A stretch of 64,000 nt of DNA from the NCBI GenBank assembly GCA_963693365.1, contig CAVNZM010000010.1, positions 3,405,659-3,469,658 on the forward strand. Reading direction: 5' to 3'. Shown piece by piece: positions 51,668 through 64,000 of the stretch. A model generated the notes under the pieces. That model made no database searches. It was not told the origin of the DNA and was given only the letters and a program-made list of their open reading frames with translations. Numbering within the stretch: position 1 is the first letter of the stretch; each line of letters starts with the position of its first letter. This stretch comes from Amoebidium appalachense (lineage: Eukaryota; Protista; Ichthyosporea). Position numbers and translations under genes: made by a program.

Positions 51668-52124
51668 GGGGGGGGGGGGGGAGGGGCGAGCGGGGGGCTA
51701 TGTTCTGTACCTTAAATACAGCACAACTCCGATTTTTTTCAGCGAGTGGTTATGGACGACCTTGATTAAAACCCTCATGCCGACTGCTGCTCATGCATGT
51801 GCATGAAGGGAAACAACTGTTACACAGACATGCCTAACACTGCTCTTCATCTTGCACAGGAGCAGATATTTTGTGAGCAGGTGCGGCCATGGGTCGCCCA
51901 CAACGGTTGCCCAGCAAGTCCCGTGGTCAGAATTTGATAGTTTCCTGAATGACTGTGGGACAAAGTCGATGTGTGAAGAATGCTCCAATAGTGCTAATTA
52001 TGCTTTTCATGAGTGCCAACTTTGATGCTTGGTGCATAGATATTAGAAACTGGCCGTTCTAGAGAGAGGGGAGCTGAAAACAGATGCCGATCATTGAAAG
52101 GTTAACGCCCCACATTACCACACA

Positions 52125-52705
<581 letters not shown>

Positions 52706-52979
52706 GTTGTTGTCGGCGGGGGGAGGGGGAGGGGGGGGGGGGGGGAAAGAAGGGGGGGGGGGGGGGGAAGGGGGGGGGAGAACTATGTTCAAAGAAAGCA
52801 ACAGTAACTGTGGACAATATATCTGTCATTATTGTATCATCGGTGCCCGGACCTCAATGTAGAGAGGGGTTCAGCAGCGACATACAATCATGCTCACTTC
52901 TAGGGGCTGAAATGACTTTCACTTATCAGGAATTAGCGCCTGGAAACTTGAAAATGGTCTCCGTCCTTGGAGTCCTCCC

Positions 52980-53013
<34 letters not shown>

Positions 53014-54596
53014 ACACACACACACAAGCAAAACAAGGTAAACCACCGTGGAAATAAATAGAGTGGAACAACGCACACCTGTAAAGCCCCCTTTCCCTTT
53101 ACATTCCCTACCAATATGGTGGTGGTTGGGGCGGGGGGCCGGGGGGAGGAGGGGGGAGGGGAGGGGGGGATAAGGGAGAAAAAAAGAAGGAAAAAGAGCC
53201 TTGAACACGAACGAAAAAGGTAAAAACAACTTTAGAAAGAAAGCACTTTCTCCAATCTTCCATGAGCTTGAGTGCCCACAAGCCACCCCCACCCACCCCC
53301 TCCCCCCTCCACTCCTTTTACAAAACAAGGGGGGAGGGAGGGGGGGGGGGAGGGGGAGGGGGGGAGGGGGGGGGGGGAAGGGGCGGGGAGGGGGGGGGGG
53401 GGGGGGGGATGTAATGGAGGAGGGGGCGCAAGAGGAGGGAAGCAAGGTGGGACCCCTGTCATGGGGGTGTTTATTGAGAAAGCAGAAGTGGGGAAAGGGA
53501 ATGGGTAAGGGGATGGAGGATGCAGCCAAGTAAGCGAGAGAGGTGGAGATGTGGGGGCCTGTGTGTGAGGGGGGGGGGGGGGGGGGGGGGGAACGGGGGG
53601 GCAGGGGGGAGGGGGGCGGGGGGCTGTTTGCATGAACTTTCGATTATGGAGACTCGTTTGGCAAATTGAAGAAGTTTGCGAGTATTTATTTATAGATTAA
53701 AGATGGATGTTTGCGAACGAGCAACGATAAAGCAGGGGAAAATGTACTCGCTGCAAATACTATAAGGGTGAACTTCAAGTCGGGTTTAATATATGGACCG
53801 TGCCCAGATTTGGGCTGAGGTGATGCTGAATCATAAATTCATGCATGGAGGTGAGGGGAGGAGGGAGAGGCGAGGGTCCCGGAGGGGAGGGGTTGTGTCT
53901 CGCAATTATTACGAGCCTGAATGTTTCCGCATGGGTCATGTGGGCGAACTCTCAGTAAGCCGTGAAGTCAACACATGCTCATACTTGGGCACGTGCAACA
54001 AAAAAACTGTGCATCGATGGTCTTCATTGCTGCACTTGTGCAGTGCAGCAGATCTTGTGAGCAGGTGTGGCCATGGGTCGTCCAAATTACAAGTGCCCAG
54101 CCAGTCCCATGGTCAGGATTTGATTATCTCGGGGTGATTGTGGGATTAACTCGATGGGTGGCGAATGGTCCAACACCTTGGCTAGTTTTTATAAATGTCA
54201 AATCTGCTAAGTTTGTGCCTAAGAGGATAGCTGAAAAAAGAACATCAACTGGTTATAGCCCAATATTACCTTGAGTGGGGGAAAAGAAGTAAGACTTGAC
54301 GGGTAAACAATGAACAGTACTGCCACACTGGGAGCGGTTACTTGCTGGGCTAACCTTTGTAACAGCCATTCCGGTTTTGGTACCCAAGTTGCCTCCTCCT
54401 CCCCCCCCCCCCCCCCCCCCCCCCTCCCCCCCACCCTCCCCTCCGGACTAGGCTTACCCCTTCCCCAAGAATCTAAAAAAAAAATAAACAAGGAAAAGAA
54501 AAAAGAAAGAACAACGAAAAAAGGCCACCGTGGCAAAACACGTACACCCATCAAGCCGGCCTCCTTAACTCCCGTCGCACTCCCCCTACAAAAACA

Positions 54597-54649
<53 letters not shown>

Positions 54650-54659
<10 letters not shown>

Positions 54660-56210
54660 GAAGCAAGGTGGGATCTCTGGCGTGGGGTGTGGATCAAGAA
54701 ATCAGGACAGGGGAAAGGAAAATGGGCAACGGGATGGGGGATGCAAGCAAGGATAAGCCGGATAAGCGGAGATGTGGGAGCCGGGCGTGAGGGAGGGGGA
54801 GGGGGGAGGGGGGGAGGAGGGGCCGGTTGCATGTTGCTTTCGATAATGGTGGGCAAGTTTGGCAAGGATTTTGTGTGGAGCTTTTTAGCCTAGCCACTCG
54901 GCTTAGAGCAAACCCTATTGTGGCAAAAATGCGCTGGCCACAAATACTATCACGGGTATTTTGTATTCTTGAAGGTCCCCTGATTTATTATATTGAAAAA
55001 TGGTTAAAGAGGACCCCCTCAGGGGGAGGGGGGGGGGGGGGGAAGAGGGTGAAGAGGGGAAGGCCTGTGAATAATCTCATGCTGCAAAAGTCCAATTTTT
55101 TCAGCAACTGACTATGAGCGATATCCATTAATGCCCCAACATGAGCATTGAAACCAGCGCAAAAACTTGTGCCATCCTATAGGTATGCCATCACCACAGG
55201 CGCACTGCACTGCAAGTGCAGATTTTGTGAGCAGGTGTGGCCAAGTGTCGCTCAAAAAAGAAGTGCCCAGCCAGCTCCACGCTCAAGAACTGATTTTTCA
55301 AATAGTGATTGTGGGATAAAATCGAATGTTGACGAATGCTCCGACAGCATGCAGCTAGTACTTTTCACGAGTGCCAAATCACGATGCTTTGTGCATTAGT
55401 AGTTGTTTAGAACTGACCGTGGAAGGAGGGGGCCGAAGAACGAACATTGAATGGTTAGAACCCTTTATCGCGCGCGTGTGTGTCTGTGTGTGTGTGGTGG
55501 GGTGGGGTGGGGGGGTGGGGGGGGGGGGGGGGGGGGGGAGGGGGGGAGTTGTTTAAGAAATTTAGAAATGAGAGCCCGAAACAAACAATTTTTTGTGAAA
55601 ACAAACTATTTGAAAAAAGAAAGAAATCGTGACGTAACACATACACCCCATAAATCACCTCTTTCCCCCACTTCCCCTGCAAAAAGAGGGGGGAGGAAGA
55701 AAAGAAAGAAGAAAGGAAGGAAGGACGGGAGGAAGGACGGAAGGAAGGACGGAAGGAAGGACGGAAGGAAGAAAGGAAGGAAGGAAGGAAGGAATGAAGG
55801 AAGGAGGAAAGAAAGAAGGAAAGAAAGGAAGAAAGAGATAAAGAAAGAGAGAGAGAGAGAGAGAGGGTGAGGGGGAAGGGGAAGGGTGGGGGGTGGGGGG
55901 GGAAGGGATAAAGGGGGGAAGGAAAGAGGGTAGGAGGGAGGGGGGTAGGTTTGTTTTCCTAAAACAGCACAATCCCAGCATTTTACTCCCCTGATGGGTG
56001 GGAGGGAGAGGTACTACAAGGCTCACAAAAACTCACGAATGAAAGATACAGGAAAATCTGTAGCCAAGGTACCTATCATTATGATTGTGTACGGCTTCAC
56101 AATTAGGGAGGGGCTTGCGATGGCCCAGGATTATATCGGATTCTAGGGACTGGGATGATTTTTACAGATTTAAGAATTGTCGCCTGGTAATAAAATCCCC
56201 CCTTCTTCTC

Positions 56211-56241
<31 letters not shown>

Positions 56242-59200
56242 AAAAAAAAAAAAAAAGAGGAGGTAAACAAAGGTAAACAAGCAAAAGAAGAACACTGTGG
56301 CTGTAGTGGCACAACACATATACCTATAAGCCCCTCCTCCCATCACATCCCCTTCAAAGGGGGGAGGGGGGGGAGCGGGATGAAGAAAGAGAGAGAGAAA
56401 GAGATAAAGAAAGAAAAAAGAAAGAACGAGAGAAAGAAAGCAAGAAGCTCTCAGAAAGAAAGACGGGAAAAAACAAAGGTTCGGAAACAAAGATAGAAGG
56501 GGAGGGATATGAGGCTGAGGGGAACACTGGAGTCCCGGAGGCGGATAGATGGGCACGGTATCGTGATACACTAAGACAAATCGAACAGTTTCCGGGGGAG
56601 GGAGATTGGGGGGGCGAGGGATGTGGGGGGAGGGGGGGGGGGGAGGGGGGGGGGGGGATGTCAATACAGCACACTCCGATATTTTCAGGGGCGCACGGGG
56701 GGGGGGGGGGGGGGGGGGGGGTGGGGGAGGGGCAGTTAGGGAATTTACGAGGGAGGGGAAGAGGGTTGGGTGAGGGGGGCCTTGATGCGATTGGTACGGA
56801 CCGCACTTGTGCCGTTTTGGGGGAGGGGGGAGGGGGAACGGGGTGGCTCCATCACCTGTGCCACGGCGTGCCATGCGTGCGCATGCATATTGCCCCCCCC
56901 CCCCCCCCCCCCCCCACTCCAAAAAAAAAAAAATCTCTCTGCCTCTTTCTCCTCCTCCTTTCGATACCTCCCAATGTCCATTCACCCTTCTCTTTTCACC
57001 TGCCCCCCCCCCCCCCTCCCCCCCCCCCCATTCCAAAAAATAAAAAAAATAAAAATAAACTTCCCCCTACCCCCAAATGAATACAAAACAAGGTAATGGG
57101 GGGAGGGGGGGGGGGGGGGGGGGGGGGGGATGGGAAGGGGAAGAAACGAAGAACTTGGAAGAAAGAAAGAAAGACCGAAAGAAAGAAACAAACAAGAAAG
57201 AATGAGGGGAAGGGATGTGAGGTGGAAGGGAACAGGGTTGAGGTGGGGGAGATGGGACGAAGGGGGGGGGGGGGACAAAGAGGAGGAAGCAAGGTGGAAT
57301 CTCTGGCATGGGGTGTGGATCGAGAAACCAGGAGAGGGAAAAGGAATGGGCATCGGGATGGGGAATGCAAACAAGAATAAGCCGGAGAAGTGGAGATGTG
57401 GAAGCCCGGCGTTAGGGAGGGTGAGGGGAGGGGGGGGGGGGAGGGGGAGGACTGGTTGCATGTTACTTTTGATAATGACGGGCAAATGTGGCAAGGATTT
57501 TGTGTTGAGCGTTTTATCCTAGTCACTCTGTTTAGGGCAAACCCTATTGTGGCAAAAATCTGCTAACCAATATACTATTACGGGGACTTTGAATAATTCA
57601 AGATCCCTGCTCTTCATTTCATAAAAAATGGCTAATACTGTTATTAAGGTGCACCTTCACGTGGAGGCCGACGGGGGGGGGGGGGGGGGGGGGGGGAGGG
57701 GGGGGGGGGGGGGGGCTGGGTTGAAGGGGTGAGAAAGAGGGCTGAAGAGGGGAAGGTCTGTGAATAGTCTAATGCTGCAAAGGTCCAATTTTTTTTAGCA
57801 ACTGACTATGAGCGACCTCCATTAATGCCCCAACATGAGCGTTGAAACCAATGCAAAAACTTGTCACAGTTCTATTGGGATGCAGTCACCACAGGTGCAC
57901 TGCACTGCAAGTGCAGATTTTGTGAGCAGGTGTGGCCATGGGTCGCGCAAATAAGAAGTGCCCAGCCAGTCCACATGGTCGGGAGTAGGTTTTTCAAAAG
58001 TGATTGTTGGATAAATTCGAACTTGACGAATGCTCCAATAGTGCAGCTAGTACTTTTCATGATTGCCATATCATAACAGTTTATGCACTAGTAGTTGTTA
58101 AGAACTGACCGTGGAAGGAGGGGGCTGAAGAGCGAACATTGAATGGTTAAATCCCTATCGCGCGCGTCTGTGTGTGTGTATGTGGGGGGGGGGGGGGGGG
58201 GGGGGTTGAATTTAGAGAAATTTAGAAGTGAGAGCCCGAAACAAACAATTTGTGGAAACAAACTATTTGAAAGAAGAGAGAAATCGTGACACAACACATA
58301 CACCGACAAATCACCATCTTCCCCGACTTCCCCTGCAAAAACAAGGGGGAGGGGGGAGGGAGTGAGGGGGAGAAGAAGAGAACGAAAAGAAGAAAAGAAA
58401 GGAGGAAGAAGAATGAAGATAGAAGAAGGAAGGGAGGACGGAAGGAAGGAAGGCCGGTGAAGGAGGAAGGAAGGAAGGAGGAAGGCAGGAAGGAGGAAAG
58501 AAAGAAAAAAAGAGAGAGAGAAAGAGATAAAGAAAGAGAAAAAGAGCGAAGGGGAAGGGGAAGGGGGGGGGGGGGGGGGGGGGAGGGAAGGGATAAAAGG
58601 GCGAGGGAAAGAGGGTGGGAGGGGGGGGGGGGGGGTAGGCTTGTTTTCCTAAAACAGCACAATCCCAACATTTTACTCCCCCGAGGGGGGGGGGAGGGGG
58701 GGGAGGCATTACAAGGCTCAAGAAACTCACGAATGAAAGATACAGGAAAATCTGTAGCCAAGGTACCTATCATTATGATTGCGCACGGCTTCACAATTCG
58801 GGAGGGGCTTGCAATTGCCTAGGATTATATCGGTTTCTAGGGATGGAGATGATTTGCACAGATTTCAGAATTGTCGCTCGGTAATAAAACCCCCCTTCTT
58901 CCCCCCCCCCCCCCCCCCAAAAAAAAAAAAAAAAAAAAAAAGCAAAAGGAGGTAAACAAAGGTAAACAAACAAAAGGAAAAACACTGTGGCTGTAGTGGC
59001 ACATCACATAGACCTATACAGATGCCGTCCGCCAATAAGATTCGCCGCCAAAAAGATAACGCTAGCGGCCAAGATTGTGCCCCTCGACTAGATTTCGGGC
59101 TGATATTATTGGTGGACGGGAGATAAGTTTATACTGGATAATGCACATTCATGCATGCCAAGGGTGGGCGGGAAGCCAAGCCAATCAAACAGAAGCAAAA

Positions 59201-59728
59201 ACGGCGCAATATTGCTTACGCCCCCCTCCCCCCCCCTCCCCCCCCCCCCCCCCCCCCCGCTCTCTCTCTCTCTCCCCCCCCCCCCCCCCCCGAGGAGGGA
59301 GAGGGGGAGGGAGGGGGGCCTTTCCCCCCCCCACCCCGGGGCCTTCCCCCCCACCCCGGGGGGGAGGGAGAGGGGGGGGGGGGGGGGGATGGGAGGGGGG
59401 GAGGGGGGGGGGGGGAGGATGTCAATACAGCACACTCCGATATTTTCAGTGGTGCGCGGGGGGGAGGGGGGGGGGGGGGGGAGGAGGAGGAGAGGGGCAG
59501 TTGGGGATTCAGGAGGGAGGGGAAGAGGGTTGGGTGAGGGGGGGCCTTAGAGGGAATCAGGTGACTCGATCACCCGTGCCGCGGCATGCCATGCTTGCGC
59601 ATGCCTATTGTGCCCCCCCTCCCCCCAAAACAAACAAAAAAAATCCTCTTTGCCTCTTTCTCCTCCTTCTTTCGATACCTCCCCATGTCCATTCACCCTT
59701 CTCTTTTCACCTGCCCCCCTCCCTCCCT

Positions 59729-59767
<39 letters not shown>

Positions 59768-60000
59768 AAAAAGACCTCCCCCTACCCCCAAAAACATACA
59801 AACCCAGGAAAAGAAACAAAAAATTTAACACTACGTAGCACAACACGCACACCTATAAAGCCCCTCCTCCTCCCACATCCCTACAAATAGCAGGGGAGGG
59901 GGAGGGGAGGGGGGGAGGGGGGAGAAAGGAAGAACTTGGAAGAAACATTGAAAGAAAGCACGGAAGAAAAGAAAAAGAAAGAAAGAAAGAAAGAGGGGCA
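54650..60000. repeat. Younger tandem duplication of about 2.7 kb within the array
   Basis: About 54655-57280 aligns block by block with about 57280-60000, for example 55910-56340 with 58610-59020 and 56657-57090 with 59418-59820. Confidence 0.8.
59025..59119. mobile_element. 95-bp MITE of the same family as 214-661
   Basis: The TIRs are ccgtccgccaataa / ttattggtggacgg, and it shares the internal acgctagcgg(c/t)caag with the element at 214. It is absent from the sister duplicate at about 56330. Confidence 0.65.
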
Positions 60001-61553
60001 GGGATGTGAGGTGAGGGGAATAGGGGTAAGGAGGGGGAGAAGGGGGGAGGAGGGGGGGGGGGGGGGGGGGGGGGGACAGGGACAGGGGACCGGGAGGGCA
60101 GGCGCTATGTATTATACTATAGCACAACGGTTCCAATTTTTCGCAATTGTTTATGGACGACTTCTATTACCTCCATGACCCAGATCTACGTGTGCTCATG
60201 CTTGCACACGTGCGAAACTGCCACTATCAACAACATTGCTCTCCATCACTGCACTTGTGCAGTGAAGCAGATTTTGTGAGCAGATGTGGCCCTGCGTCGC
60301 CCAAATGAAAAGTGCTCAGCCAGTTCAACGGTCTGGAATTGATTGTTTCCTAAATGATTGTGGGATAGAGATTACATGTGTGACGAATGTTCCAACATCA
60401 CCGGTAATAATGGTTTCCCATAAGTGCCAAATCATTGATGCCTTGTGTACCATGTAAAAGTTGTTAGGAACTGACCTTGGAAGTGGGGGAACTGAAAACA
60501 CCATGTGAATGGTTGGGGCCCTTTTTTTTTTTGCAGTTAATGGGAGTTAGAGGGGGGGGAGGGGGGGAAGGGATCGGAACTGAGTGTAGGGTAGGCAACA
60601 TTGAACATGTCCGTTATCTTGAGCAACTGACTAAGAGCGACCTCCGTGCAGTGTCCACTTGCATGAAATGAACAACGCTGCACTCCCAGGGCAGCAGAGT
60701 TTGTGAGCAGGCCGGTGTGGCCATAGGTCGCTTGGGCGACAAGTGCCCAGCCAGTCTCACGGCCAGAAATGGATTTTGATGAATGATTGTGGGTTTGAGT
60801 TTATGGGTTACGAATGCTCCAACAGCAATAAATAATACTATTAGTACTGGGTTTCGCGAGTGCCAAAGTTGATGCTCTATGCATGAATGTTATAAATTTA
60901 TATTAGAGAAAATGGAGCGGAAGGAAGACCAGTAGTATTAAATGGTTAGAGCCCTGGTGGATGGGTGGGCGGTTGGGGGGGGGTTGGGGGGGGGGGGGGG
61001 GGGGGGGGGGAGGTACATGGCTCAAAGAACCTCAGGAATGAAAGGTAACCGAACAGTTGTAGCCAGGGAGGACGGGGGGAGGGGGGGGAGGGGGGGAATG
61101 TTTAAAAATATAGCACACTCCGATATTTTCAGGGGGGTGGGGGCCGGGGGGGGGGGGGGGGGGGGGGAAGAGGGGGGGGGGGGGGGGGGTGACAGGGGTC
61201 TCGGACGGGAGTGGACAGCACAAGTCCAAAATTTCCCGCATCGGTCATATGGGCGACAGAGGTCGGTCAAAACTGCTCCTCATTGCTGCACCTGTGCAGT
61301 GAAGCAGATTTTTTGAGCACGTGTGGTCATTGGTCGCCCAAATGACAAGTGCCCAGCTGGTACGATATATAGGATCGAATTTTTCCCAATGATTGTGGAA
61401 CAAAAACTGATGAATGCTGCAACAGAGACTGATTTATATTAGGCGCCAAGTTTGCTACTTTGTGCATGAATGTTAGGAACGTGTGGTTGAGGAGAAGACC
61501 ATCAATTCGTTAGACCCAGTTATTACCATTGGGGGGGGGAGGGAGGGAGGGGG

Positions 61554-61590
<37 letters not shown>

Positions 61591-62938
61591 TAAGATTAGG
61601 TTTGAATAAAATCAATGAAACTGCCACCGTGTAGCCAAGGTACCTGCACTGGGACGAGTTTTAAGATTCAAAGGTTATTTTAGCCTGGTAATTACATCCC
61701 CCCCCCCCCCCCCCCCCCTCCCCCTTCCTTCCTGACAAACAAATCAACTTACAAAAACAATCGAAATAAGCCAGTGAGAGATATTTGCCTGGTAAACGCA
61801 CCCCCCCCCCCCCCCCCCCCCCCCACAAAAAAAAGGCCAAAAAAAAAGAAAGAACCTACAAAAACAGAGGGGCGAGGAGGGGGGGTGGGGGCGGGGGTGG
61901 GGTGGGGGGGGGTAAGAGAAAGAGGGGAAGGGATGGGAAAGGTCGAGTGCAGCACAAACGTGCTTGCCACAAATCGTTTTTCGTGACAGGGGCTTTGTAA
62001 GGGCCTTGAAGATCGCTGGTTGTTTCCCCATACAAAAAGGTTAACGGACGGGGGGACGAGGGGAGGGGGGGGGGGGGGAGGGGGGGGGGGGGGAGGGGGA
62101 GAGGGGAGGGTTGCAAAGAGGGAAAAGATAGATAGAGGGGAAGGGATAAAAAAAAGACTAGCGCAGCACAAAACCTTTTTTGTTTCTGCAACTGGTGAGA
62201 GCGAGACCACCGTTCATGTCCCCAACATGAGAAAACCCATGGAAGGATCGCGATCATGCACAGTAGGCAGCTCCTGCTCCACAGCACCGCACTTGTTCAG
62301 TGCAGCAAAGTTTGGTTAGCAGGACTTACGCGTGACCATGGGTCGCCCAAACGACAAGTGGCCAGCCAGGTCAATGGTTTAGATATTGACTCTTTCCTAA
62401 AGGATTGTGGGATAAGGACGGGTGTTTCTGAAACGATCACATGCACAACAGATGTGCAATTGTAAGATTTAATGTGCGTGTGTTCGATCCCGTGACCCAA
62501 ATCATGATCTAACCACTGCCATCTTATAACTACATATGGGGGTTTTGGAAAAAACCATAAAAATTGCCGGTATTAAAATTCGACGTGTTACAAATAAAAA
62601 TTACGAGTTGTTTTGTGGCAGTCTGAGATGGGATTGATGTACCGCAGAAAAATACTGACACATGCATGTGTATCATTACGGTTTTCAATTTTGCAATGCC
62701 CATTGCTGTTCTGTAATGTGTTTCTATTTCTACCCCCTCCCCCGCTGTTATTTTGTGTGGGTAAACGGAGAAGCAGAGTGCACATGGGTGTTATGATATA
62801 CACGACACACAGACACACAGGAAAAACACAACCGGAGAGGTGGAACGGTTTCTGAGACGACTTGAAATGTTTTCAACTGCTTGATATTTATTTCAAGATG
62901 AAGTCCTTTTTATATGCAGAGATGTGGAGCCGACAAAT

Positions 62939-63020
62939 GCTAAGCCAATCAAAAGAACGAAAACTATGAGGGCAAATATATCTGCTAAGCCAATCAAAAG
63001 GACGAAAACTATGGGCAAAT
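62939..63020. repeat. Direct repeat with a period of about 46 bp, each copy containing a CCAAT box
   Basis: gctaagccaatcaaaag(a/g)acgaaaactatg occurs at 62939 and 62985. Further gattggactgattggac occurs at about 63325. Confidence 0.7.
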
Positions 63021-64000
63021 AAATCGAAATACCTGTCGACACATAGAAGATAAATCGTAATCTTCTAATGAAAGCACGGAAACATTTACTAAAGATAAAT
63101 AAATGAAACCACTTATATATCTATTAGTTCACATCATATATTTATACATGTTCCTAAAATAAACACGTCTAAATATAAGTATTCCTAATAGCTGGGGAAC
63201 ATAGAGCAATTCTACGTCGTGGGAAAAGAAGGAAAAGGAATGAGGATAGAAAGGAATGGAATGGGAAAGGAATCGAGTGGAATAAAGGAGGAATTTCTAT
63301 ATTTGGGGAAATTAAACGAGATCTGATTGGACTGATTGGACAACTATCGGAGACGAACGCACCAATGCGGCACCATATGAATTTAGTAAAGACGCAAAAC
63401 AACATTACATGTATGTGGGCCAAGTGGCTCGGTGTGTACACAGATCAACAATATCTGTGCACACGGAAACGGGAAAGAAGAAAGGAAAAAGGGAAAAGGA
63501 AACAAACAACAGCAAACTAATAAACATATGTATAACTCAACTTCTAAGTTCTTGCCGTTATCCATGTGTATATGACACCCGCCCCCCTCCCCCCTCTCCC
63601 CCCCTTCCCCCAGGGCTCCCCCGGAATCGGCCACTATTCTAATAACAACCTCCCTTCGCCCCAGAAGGACGGGAGGGGTTTGAAGCAGTGGAGGGAAAGG
63701 TGTGTGGGTGGGAGTGGGGCCCCGGCCGCGGGGGGGAAGGGGGGGGGGAGGGGAGGAGGGAGGAGGGCAGGGGCCGGGGGGGAGGCATTTTGCTTGGTTT
63801 TATCTGGTGATAGTATGATGTTCATTTTTGTCTTGTCTTGAAATCGAAGCACACTCACATTAGCGCACCGCACAGTGCACATACGATTCTGTAGCCATAC
63901 ACATCCACACGTGCACGTGTACGCAGACACGCAACGGTAATAAACCCATACATACACACACATGCGCGCGCCGCGCCCCGACACACAAGCCCCCCCCCCC

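Noticed and set aside
53975-58076. Plus-strand ORFs of the type ALVQCSRFCEQVWPWVAQ as small Cys-rich proteins
   Set aside because: Conserved splice signals and repeat polarity point to the minus strand. Starts and stops are not conserved between copies.

Overview
This is eukaryotic nuclear DNA, probably from a protist or unicellular opisthokont. It is intron-rich (GT-AG, CTAAC/CTGAC branch points) and saturated with poly-G/C runs and (CA)n/(GT)n/(AG)n microsatellites, so almost all ORF-track entries are repeat noise. Manual, phase-checked splicing gives three apparently intact genes. (1) A bacterial-type homoserine O-acyltransferase MetA on the minus strand (6 exons, about 349 aa), with an added first exon that looks like a mitochondrial presequence and two decayed copies of its last exon downstream. 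(2) A protein of about 494 aa with an N-terminal coiled coil, a disordered middle and a C-terminal DUF4476-like domain (minus strand, 10 exons). (3) A divergently oriented diacylglycerol kinase with no C1 domains (plus strand). Between and beyond these lie a damaged exon alternating bacterial SdrD-B-like and calcium-binding EGF domains, tandem F-box pseudogenes, the 3' end of a non-LTR retrotransposon, several MITEs, and an array of about 14 kb holding roughly nine decayed copies of an unidentified minus-strand spliced gene. I found no rRNA, tRNA or CRISPR array. All domain calls are from motif recognition by eye, not database searches.
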